From: Alphaproteobacteria bacterium
GTDB taxonomy: Bacteria; Pseudomonadota; Alphaproteobacteria; CALKHQ01
Assembly (NCBI GenBank): GCA_965227515.1
Contig: CBDDFZ010000001.1
Coordinates: forward strand, 2,560,001 to 2,624,000
Direction of reading: 5' to 3'
DNA length: 64,000 bases
Notes under the pieces: generated by a model
The model's database searches: none
The model's input: the letters and a program-made list of their open reading frames with translations, nothing else
Told to the model about the DNA's origin: nothing
Position numbers and translations under genes: made by a program
Part shown: in pieces, positions 58,001 through 62,891 of the stretch
Layout: each line of letters begins with the position of its first letter
Numbering within the stretch: the first letter of the stretch is position 1

Positions 58001-60358
58001 GGCGTCCGGGTCGACGGCGTGCTCGACAGCGACGAGATCGACCGCACCGAACTGGCGATCAATGGCAATCTGGCCGTGATCGGCGCCGAGAACGGGGTCA
58101 ACCTGCGCCATGGCGTCAGCCTGGATGTGTTTGGCGAGTACGAATTCGGCCCCACCGATGCGATCACCTTGTCGGACGGGCCGGCTCTGTCCGCGCTGAC
58201 GCTGCCGGCCTCCTTCGAGCTGGAAGTCTTCGGTGTGGCGGCCGCGATCTACGGGGCCGAGGTGGAGATCGCCTACAACGCGCTGTTGCATGGTCATGAA
58301 GACAACGGTGTGGCGGTCCACGGCATCGTCGACATGCCGACCTTCCCGGAAGAGAGCACGGAGCCGGAGAGCACGGATAGCGAGGCCCTGTCCGAACTGA
58401 CTTTGGCATCGCTCGGGTCGTTCGAATCGTTGGACTATGGCACCGACTGGAACCTCGACCTGCACGACAATCTGGTGGTGGTCGGCGGCACCAACGGCGC
58501 CATGATCGACCATGGCTACCGGCTGTTCTTGCAGGCCGAAGGCGGCGCCTTCGCGGCGACCGTGACCGAGCTGGCATCGTTCGAAAGCCTGGGCAGCGAC
58601 ATCTATTTCCAGGCTTGGCTGGACGCTTGGGCGATCTACGGCGGCCATGCCCGCATCGCCGACAACTGGGCGCTGTATGGCCAGTATGGCGACGGCGTGC
58701 GGGTGAACGGTGTCCGCAGCGAAGGTGTGGTCGCTGAATCGGCGAGCGGCGAAGCGCCCGAGGTCGATCCGGTCAGCACAAGTCCCGATTGGGCGAACCT
58801 GCTGATCGAGGACAACACCACCGTGGTCGGCGCGCGCGACGGCATCCATCTCGGCAACGGCCACGTGGTCCACTACGAGAACATGCCCGCGTTCGAAGTG
58901 GTCGACCTGACGGCCCGTGGCCTGTCCAGCGACAGCTTCGGGCTGGTGGACATCAGCGAGTTCGGCGTGTCGGGCAGCGTGTTCGGTGGCCTGGTGGTGA
59001 TCGACAGCAATGGCGATGCCCGCTACCAGAACGACCCCAACGATCCCGGCGACGACCCGGACGTCGACGATCCCTACGATCCGGCGATCCCGGTCATCCT
59101 GTCCGACCTGGACTTCGGCCGGGGGCTGATGGACATGCGCGGCCGCGTGGCCGGCATCCACGACGACGGCATCGACGTTGCCGGCAGCATCGACTACAGC
59201 GCCACGGTCCAGATCCAGCGCAACATGATCACCGGCAGTGGCGACAACGGTGTCGAGTTCGGCAACATCGGCGGCCCGGCGCTTGCCGACGACGTCGACC
59301 CCGATGCTGGCGAGCTGGTCGGCATCTTCGACTACGGGCCCAGCAACGTCTTCGTGCACAACAACTTCATCGTCGACAACGGCCAGCGGCTGCTGGAGGA
59401 GACGCCGGAGGAAGAGGAGACCGAGCTGGAGGTCACGGCCGTCAGCTTCCCCTCGCTGGAGGTTTCCAGCCGCCTGACCGGGGCCGGCATCCTGTTCGAG
59501 GAAGGCGTCGGTAATGATGGCCTGGCCGAGGTCTACCAGAACTACATCGCCGGCAATGGCGGTCCCGGCGTACAGATCGGCTTCGACTCCTCGGGCACGC
59601 CGACGACGGCGACGCTGGTCTTCGAAAGCGACGACGATTTCGAGCCCGACTTCAACACCGGGCCGGTCGCGGCCGACAATTTGCGCATCGTGCACAACTA
59701 CCTGCCGGGCTTCGAGGACGAGGGCGTCGATCCCGACGATCCGGGCGACGACCGGCCGAACGGCAGCTTCGCCATCGACAACAACTCCACGGTCGGCGGT
59801 CTGCTGTTCGCGGAGGAGAACTGGCTCGGCTCGGCCGACCCTGGCGTGGTGCCGAGCTTCATCGACGGTGCGGTCGACTTCTTCCCGTTCCTGGAGACCG
59901 GCGAGGACTCCAACGAAGAGCGCGCGCCCGGCCTGACCGGACTGTCGCCCTTCGCCTTCCAGCCCGGCGAGATCGTCGTGCTGGCCACCGAAGATGTGAT
60001 CGACCTGGACTTCCTGGCGGTGGCGCTGCTGCTGTTTATCGCCGGCCAGACCGATCCGGACCTAGTGCCGGGCGACGAACTCTCCGGCCGCTCGCAAAAC
60101 GACGCCACCAACGCGTTCGACGACGAGTTCGCCGATCCATATCCGCTGGGTCTGGAAACGGACCTCGCCGCCCTGGCGCCGGCGGCCGGCCAGGCCTGTG
60201 CCCTGGACAACTCCAGCGGAACCGTGGCCATCGTCTGCGGGGCGGGTGGAGAGACCGATCTCGCCGATCTGGCGCCGGCTGCCGGCAGCGGCACGCCGCT
60301 CGCCGACCCGTCGCAGGTGTTCCAGGGTTACGACAACTTCTGGGCGCCGTTCCAGTAG
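46070..60358 (+). CDS. Giant filamentous-haemagglutinin-like TpsA exoprotein (TPS domain plus multiple right-handed beta-helix modules), 4762 aa
   Basis: Extended signal peptide ending ALA-LP, TPS motifs (IEWSSF, NRV, NG, NPAGI.FG), repeated pectin-lyase-like caps, Gly/Asp/Asn-rich. Confidence 0.92.
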   Translation: MAFDLPRAHGVRAYRHTLNSNQMSLQGRDAEQVLRRTYRTTTALSAAAAVAATTLAPSIALALPQDGTVVEGQAEIIYGSNSVEIVQGSDRVIIEWSSFDVGVDESVNFVQPSQLASALNRVLSGQSSAILGSLTGNGQITIVNPAGIHFGATANVDVAAITATTIDIINANFMANNLAFDQFNDDFANATVTNDGSITVQDSGLAALVAPGVANNGIIAARTGAVVLASGTAFTVDPYGDGLIQFAVNAPTMEAPEGMDALVSNSGEIYADGGTVILTAEAVSGIVDNVVNMDGVIQAQTIEGRNGQIALVGGSGAGAVNVAGTLDASGNDAGEAGGTVHVLGDQVALNVGANVDVSGAAGGGEALIGGAARGGAQAAGAALQYQETAQGLNIISDTAFETDGYTPTSDVALVMDGADLDARATVDGDGGQVIVWGTDEAYFHGAVDASGAGNGDGGFVEISGAYVYADGSALAGGPGGTVLIDPDDACIAAVIASCAFTSPVGVSFFTTAFVAAQLAVGNFVLSTTGGGAGDGDIEIGDDLNVTPAAGATLSLTANDDIWVDGDIIASGANGLNLDFVLTSGAGGIPKSAAIFLPGTVTDLNGGDATFTGTPFADSLLRVEGSITAGSLAANVEEVRLQQDINVARENLSGTATLVEVQSDSASIQDAIDLVSGSTINVAAGTYNEALIVDEHVTIIGAGSGDNPLVDTIVDGTGLGDVAALVAISASGVSDADRLELMNLRVQNAEHTNLGTNAGTGIKMVAGGTDFITFDNVVSTGHAGHGFAYDANSLSTGVELIDVTSSNNAGYGFRVPTSLAGLTDFSILGGEFADNGGAGFGANPSGFDSAANIRPFTNVLIDGTAFAGNNTSGIGGLGDIVILGVDGDVTIQNVTIDSDTFPASRGLWFDFHGDATLNMDNVAFSGVPSSWGMIITNFDGADALNMNDVSFDTVVQTAGRADFTVWGAASTGPVDLGNTAFLTDPGSGPASDQWIGLVSGATSNVDASDAVFNGVVGSAHTRDAMPSGFFLEDRVTHALDDGSLGLVTWVADNVFVTQASGSIQRGVDAASAGWTVNVDDGTFVENVLIDKSLDLLGANAGTDPNTAARDPETEIDGVVRVDAGVSGVAIDGFTIIDGAPVLGEFGGVYVNNNAADVTIANNIFARSGGFGTARAILFSGAAPGVSNIDILNNSFSGWATGVYVNPNADDVLISGNVFDGNNVGVSNDGPNSPGGVTIDGNTFANSAFEALGLGGPGTRTITNNVFENNPVHIGTYGAAGLPDVATLQADGNTFDRHVTSDLDDAGSARDAATSIYGEIQLAIDESAAGATVTASDGTFVENVVIDKALMLLSENGRDFTTIEGISGVGALGTVLLPGGVDDVQIGDIDQGFTIVGIDNGAPGIETAAVYLQGNHNNFDLIGNDVVAMGDAGLLGESAGALTNALIDNNIFSGQTFEGPEPADNGFSNQFSTPNVPRQLVTLGEGNSGPFVSNNIAFTNNQVTGTAGGSNGGGEQGNTLVTIDADMVTVSGNTFSGFTARFASQLRTRGPNTDIVNNTFIVPAGVATAGLFVSGVDSTVIANTFTGGTIGISTNPKGAIAIENNVFDGQTGAALNVGADAAFLTVFNNSFEPAGGAFAVFNSSAEIVNASGNWWGTNDETLVAAMMSGDVDFTPFLDVADDTDVADGFQGDFTTLHATVLGAQTDAATYGRIQEAIDLVTASTVILGAGTFIDPAQVVIDKDVTIIGQGSGTGPGDSIVNPGFDTGSGGNARGWWLILDDVEVDLSDFRMDGNGQLVWQAIRHLGRGSIDNLAFNNIQFNASGPSYQGTAVAVFGATDANVDITNSTFDQIGRIGVLYFGSAVTGTFANNVYTGKGDGDHLDYALDISAGATINVFNNTVTENRGVASSDGSISAAFLVSTFFAGGTSAVFGGNTMTGNTVGIAVGFDDADTSTVQFLNAGDSVDSHIMAGANTFMDSGNEDETGIFFSGNSQTIVGDTFADAVFNGYGDLDDLYIQLRNQALSDPANVRVLDATDVTFTGASATEIEDRVEHYLDDPTKDLIFFGPTITVADSIQLAVNAAEQARSDGFVVDEIMVGPGTYGGRVEIWVDDLKITGDDAIIDLDMEDPFSNNPSPDALPNHGFLIGDAGVVGDGVSGDGVTGSYANGLDVSGVEIDPFTFTNSNDGSGTGIIVGLSAGPSVASNTVIDGNSFEDIEVGIAFNNVAGTTTISNNTILADLIGLTFEGTLGGGAIVDILDNTIGADGDEVLNGILFQRIDTAEVTISGGSIDSGAGAGPILGDAINFQRGLHSGADVEISGVTAVSDGDEPVDFHQAIRAGATATISGGSYTGGNNGVEFSGAIAGTAIIENATIVGQGADKRGVNLLGSITGLLDISGSTITGGDDGIGSNDSAANTVVGGTVRLTDNTITGISGHGVSFDAISDGADLEFLGNTVAAALNGLSFNGAVTGSLINIGNNNNSGRNIITADNSGIVFAGSILDSADGNGIRIRRNTVTAGPSAGDRGIEFRDGIEDSFVRVSNNRIGAGDDGVAFYDLNGGANGSGVRAIAGTSDVALSGNRIGTAGDPVGAEGLDFDEIIDTATVVVRENVVFADGDGMQFDRVINTTGSTNAAPAGGAPTYTGGVVIVGNEINAAGHGALFDTTIDGTDIAFGDNDFGSDADPVGGDGVQFKTIAGDALISFERTHIEADGDGVSVVGGILDTATLAFDAPRDPAGGPDGRDNDIDAGGIAVNVVNLQSPGTLVFSGGVYSGAAGSVLVDNTGVASAAVGRVVFENDPTFNADPGVDVAAFVTEAGGPGIEIDFSGASGATFNGGENGIVFDGPGIDIAGDSLGDIAVNGQADQYLVLRNGAEFAPGMPNLIDIQDVAFDGDEPGDLSPAGLVALESKLAHFLDTNEDGLFYYGPTYAVADGGSIQLAVNAAEHARFLLNDLNAVDTVLVGSGTYGGRVELWVDDLKLTGLDTGGGDPVIDLSFDDAFSNNPFPTSLAHGFLVGDAGIVGDGVAGDSVGGAFGSHANGNDVTGVEVDPFTFDGTGALGGPPSTGIVVGLTASGISPASVAYDTVIDGNTFHDLDFGITSNNSSGETRIVNNTMHDIAVNAVRFEDAVEGGEFVLIRNNDMASGQHVLLFRDLITGADTLLRIRGNWLVSTGGGTQSDGIAFGQAIQDEADVRIVENHEIRGTEGIDVDRVDNANLRINRNTLIVGEIEEGIEFDDLIANDARVAVRDNVDIIGATHGIAFVDNGAIDGATVNISGNNDGILGQNGNGILFNRAITDGRINIGAGNIIEGITGSGVRFAATIADSRIDIFENTSIVGDANGVEFTQTFGAGNVLNILANTLIEGDGSADDSDAIDFRNAVGGTVNIVGNVELAGNDDGLQVIHGIIGGTFLVHGNQSIVGRDGEGIAILSNDGNVPPAPTVAISGGAVVTIDDNMIVGNEETDPVLQNPGGGGDGVLVSGDVVGATLNVTNNTIFAFNDGTNVFGAFVDAQAFLDDNTIHAGLGADGNGDGIHVEGAVDDSRIQAVRNTIEVGLNTVAGGTLHDGLYFGGDILGTSRVILRRNDIMVLTGPAGGATSFGDMGIRFDGFIDTNGGNLADVLIRNNDIQAGGGKEDRGISFWNGIGGSSFVEISRNDIAAGDDGVGVFDTIGGSQQQSVRGDALLLIAENNIGTDTLSVGNASPNDGNGIDFQRVTGESRVVIDSNSIFARYNGIEFDKLVDTSFAGPGAGVAIIRNSDIVSDRENAIAFEAGVDGSSVNIARNALILGALNGIKFGGPVDNGALVRIWNNHHIIGEDENGILFNGIAGFDTDVWIGLNHLIRGYDNGIYFARDVIAPDDDSDLEQLLAGFLPEGWAIDGASANVVLNHRIIGETENGILAEGIRGDASNPDENLLVALNKRIRGEENGIWLAHGVDYTATDGPLTLFGSLFSFALDMWAIDNGQVAILNNLSILGDTADGVRVDGVLDSDEIDRTELAINGNLAVIGAENGVNLRHGVSLDVFGEYEFGPTDAITLSDGPALSALTLPASFELEVFGVAAAIYGAEVEIAYNALLHGHEDNGVAVHGIVDMPTFPEESTEPESTDSEALSELTLASLGSFESLDYGTDWNLDLHDNLVVVGGTNGAMIDHGYRLFLQAEGGAFAATVTELASFESLGSDIYFQAWLDAWAIYGGHARIADNWALYGQYGDGVRVNGVRSEGVVAESASGEAPEVDPVSTSPDWANLLIEDNTTVVGARDGIHLGNGHVVHYENMPAFEVVDLTARGLSSDSFGLVDISEFGVSGSVFGGLVVIDSNGDARYQNDPNDPGDDPDVDDPYDPAIPVILSDLDFGRGLMDMRGRVAGIHDDGIDVAGSIDYSATVQIQRNMITGSGDNGVEFGNIGGPALADDVDPDAGELVGIFDYGPSNVFVHNNFIVDNGQRLLEETPEEEETELEVTAVSFPSLEVSSRLTGAGILFEEGVGNDGLAEVYQNYIAGNGGPGVQIGFDSSGTPTTATLVFESDDDFEPDFNTGPVAADNLRIVHNYLPGFEDEGVDPDDPGDDRPNGSFAIDNNSTVGGLLFAEENWLGSADPGVVPSFIDGAVDFFPFLETGEDSNEERAPGLTGLSPFAFQPGEIVVLATEDVIDLDFLAVALLLFIAGQTDPDLVPGDELSGRSQNDATNAFDDEFADPYPLGLETDLAALAPAAGQACALDNSSGTVAIVCGAGGETDLADLAPAAGSGTPLADPSQVFQGYDNFWAPFQ

Positions 60359-60383
60359 GCCACGGCTTGCGTTACGAATTCAG

Positions 60384-60420
60384 CGGCCCGGGTGGTTCTC
60401 CATCCGGGCCGTTTCCTTTT
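60384..60420 (+). terminator. Rho-independent terminator
   Basis: cggcccgggtgg-ttct-ccatccgggccg hairpin followed by tttcctttt, downstream of the giant gene. Confidence 0.75.
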
Positions 60421-60426
60421 GTTGGA

Positions 60427-61206
60427 TTAGTCGCCGCCGCAGCCGCCACCGCCGCCGCAACCGGAACTGCAGCCGCTGGAGCATCCGCTGGTGCCGCAAC
60501 CGCCTGCGCCGCCGTCACGCCCGCGACGGCCCTTGCCGGACTGGCGGCGTGACATCTGCACCATGGCAATGACGAACAAGACGAGGCCGCCAAGCGCAAT
60601 CCATTCGCCTTCGCTGACGTCCTCCAGCCCGGCAAGCGCCAGCGACGAGCCGCCGATTACCAGGGCCAGCGCCGCCAGGGCGACCGTCACGGTCCGGCCC
60701 CCGGCGGCCTTCAGGCCGTCGACCCACCGCGGTCGCGGAATCACCCAGGCGCGGGAAACGTTGATGCGCTTGAACTGGACGGCCTCGATGAACCGCGTGT
60801 CGGTGTCGGGCCAGATATCGGCGGGCGGCGCGGTGCCGAACTCCGCCGCGTAGAGCGCGCGGGTGTCATCGTAGCAGCCGCGATACATCGGCTCCTCCGA
60901 TATGCCCCGGGTCGGCCCGTGATGCAGCGGGCGCCCCAGGACTTCGGCGCAGAGCCGGTCCCAGTAGTCGCGGGTATAGGTCATGTGCAGGTGCCACGCC
61001 TGGTCGACCTCGTCCGACGGTGTCAGGGTCGAGCGCGAGACCTGGGTCAGGTAGACGAAGCGCTTGTACTCGGCAACCACGCGGGCGGCGAACGCGCGGC
61101 TCCAGCCGTTGTCGCGGGCCAGCCGGGCGCTGAACGGAAATTCGGCCACCGGATCGTCGACATCGAATGCGTCGACGCGAGACCAGAGCTGAGGATCGGA
61201 TCGCAT
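60427..61206 (-). CDS. Glycine-rich domain (GRDP/DUF1399-like, TIGR04222-like) membrane protein
   Basis: RLAR.NGW, EYKRF.YL, PSDEVDQAWHLH, LHH.P; two TM helices; Cys/Gly/Ser tail. Confidence 0.82.
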   Translation of the reverse strand: MRSDPQLWSRVDAFDVDDPVAEFPFSARLARDNGWSRAFAARVVAEYKRFVYLTQVSRSTLTPSDEVDQAWHLHMTYTRDYWDRLCAEVLGRPLHHGPTRGISEEPMYRGCYDDTRALYAAEFGTAPPADIWPDTDTRFIEAVQFKRINVSRAWVIPRPRWVDGLKAAGGRTVTVALAALALVIGGSSLALAGLEDVSEGEWIALGGLVLFVIAMVQMSRRQSGKGRRGRDGGAGGCGTSGCSSGCSSGCGGGGGCGGD

Positions 61207-61257
61207 GGAACCTCCCGTGATGCCGCCAAGGCCACGTTACCTGGGACGCTTTTCAGT

Positions 61258-61346
61258 TGATCCGCGCCAGCCCTCGCTCCCACCGGGCCACCCAATCACG
61301 ATGCTGTCGTGGGTGGCCGGGTGGGGGTGAGGGCCGGTGCCGACTT
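61258..61346. repeat. ~88-bp hairpin repeat (family C)
   Basis: gcgccagccctcgctcccaccgggccaccc...gggtggccgggtgggggtgagggccggtgccgactt. Confidence 0.8.
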
Positions 61347-61402
61347 AGCGCAAGCGAAAAACGATCCGGGCTAACGATAGTCGTATTGGGTTGACGGAAG
61401 GT

Positions 61403-62446
61403 TCAGGACGCCCGGGAACCGGCGGTTTCCGCGGGCTGCTGCGATCTCAGGAACTTGTCGCGCAAGTGCGGTCCGGCCTGGACCGGCGGGTATTTTGCAC
61501 CCTCCGCGCCACGGCAGGTCGGCACGCACGTGATCTCCGCATCCCAGTTCGGGGTGTGGAAGAAGGCCAGTGACAGGCGCGGGGCCGGGTCGCCGTCTTG
61601 TGCCGTTGGCGCGACAACCCGGTGCATGGTCGAGACCCAGCGATCGTTGGTCCAACGCTCCATCATGTCGCCCAGATTGATGATGAACCCGCCGGGCACC
61701 GGGGGCACGTCGTGCCAGTCGCCGGCACGGTCGCGCACTTGCAGCCCCGTCGTGCCGGGCTGTGGCAGCAGGATTGTCAGGCTGCCATAGTCGGTGTGCG
61801 CGCCGGCGCGCAGTTGGCCGGGCAGGGGTGGCGCGGTGGCCGCGGGGTAGTGATTGGCGCGCATCGCACTGATGTGGCGGTCGATCTTGTCGTCGAAGTG
61901 GTCGGGTGCCAGGTCCAGCGCGACCGCGAACAGCCGCATCAGGCGCGCGGCCAGGCCGGCCATCTCGGCGTAGTAGGCGTGCCAGGCGGCTCGCATTTCC
62001 GGCAGCGCCGGCGGCCAGATATTGCCGGCATGGACGAATGCCAGTTCCGCCGGGTCGATGCGGTCGGTCGGCGTCGTGGGCGGGCCCATGGAGAAGCTCT
62101 CCTTCAGGTCCGGCGGGGCCGCATCGCCACGCGAGCGCGCCAGCGCCTCGCCGGCAAACGGATGGAATCCGTACGGATGGCCGGCCACATTGGGCACGCA
62201 GGCCCGTTTCGCGTTCTCTGGCAACAGGAACAGCGCGCGGGTGGTTTCCCAGACCCGGTCGATTGCCGGCCGGGCCACGCCATGATTCACCACCGCAAAG
62301 AAGCCGATGCTGCGGCAGGCTTCGTCGATGGCAGCGGCCACCGTTGTTGGCGCCGCGCTATCGGTGACCTTTGCCAGATCGATGGTCGGTACGAGTCTTG
62401 GACTGTCTACTCTGGGGCTCTCCATGCTCTCAACTGTCGCGCGCAC
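61403..62446 (-). CDS. Isopenicillin N synthase-like 2OG-Fe(II) oxygenase
   Basis: VPTIDL, GFF.V.NHG, DLKE, HTD, NLGD, H, RLS motifs; start uncertain. Confidence 0.9.
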   Translation of the reverse strand: MRATVESMESPRVDSPRLVPTIDLAKVTDSAAPTTVAAAIDEACRSIGFFAVVNHGVARPAIDRVWETTRALFLLPENAKRACVPNVAGHPYGFHPFAGEALARSRGDAAPPDLKESFSMGPPTTPTDRIDPAELAFVHAGNIWPPALPEMRAAWHAYYAEMAGLAARLMRLFAVALDLAPDHFDDKIDRHISAMRANHYPAATAPPLPGQLRAGAHTDYGSLTILLPQPGTTGLQVRDRAGDWHDVPPVPGGFIINLGDMMERWTNDRWVSTMHRVVAPTAQDGDPAPRLSLAFFHTPNWDAEITCVPTCRGAEGAKYPPVQAGPHLRDKFLRSQQPAETAGSRAS

Positions 62447-62793
62447 CTCCTTGTGATGACAAGCCGCTCGCGCGGGTTGCCGTTGTTGAGCGAGGCTGAT
62501 TTGTGCGAATACCGCCCAAGTGTGCGCAAGTCGGGAGAAAGGCCCTGCGACAAACTATTCATTGGTTGCCCGTAAGCGCTGCGATCAGGTCGCGGCGTGC
62601 CGTACCGGTGAATTGTTTGCAACAGCATTGCAATAGTATTGGTGCTTGTGGAGCTAATCGTTTTGAGTACATCTTATGACAACTTCGTAATTTCGTAGAT
62701 CGCGAATGTTAACCAACCTTTTCTTGACGCGATCAACTTCAATTCACCTTTCGGATTAGTCCAAATTTTTGAAGCTGCCTGCTTGTGTATGAG

Positions 62794-62808
62794 TTAAAAA
62801 TCCGTTAA
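62794..62808. promoter_or_regulatory. CtrA-binding site (perfect consensus)
   Basis: TTAA-aaatccg-TTAA, 98 bp before the ATG at 62892. Confidence 0.7.
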
Positions 62809-62891
62809 GAACCAGAAAGGTTCGTGGTGAGAGGGACGGTACCACGTAGCTCTATCCGACTAACAGGTGCGTAAGTTCGGGGGATTTTGCG

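Noticed and set aside
46070-60358. CdiA-type contact-dependent toxin or RTX/T1SS substrate
   Set aside because: No VENN-like pre-toxin motif, no toxin domain, no co-oriented immunity gene and no GGxGxD nonapeptide arrays.
959-61346. Possible CRISPR array among the palindromic repeats
   Set aside because: The repeats are dispersed, not regularly interspaced, and there are no cas genes.
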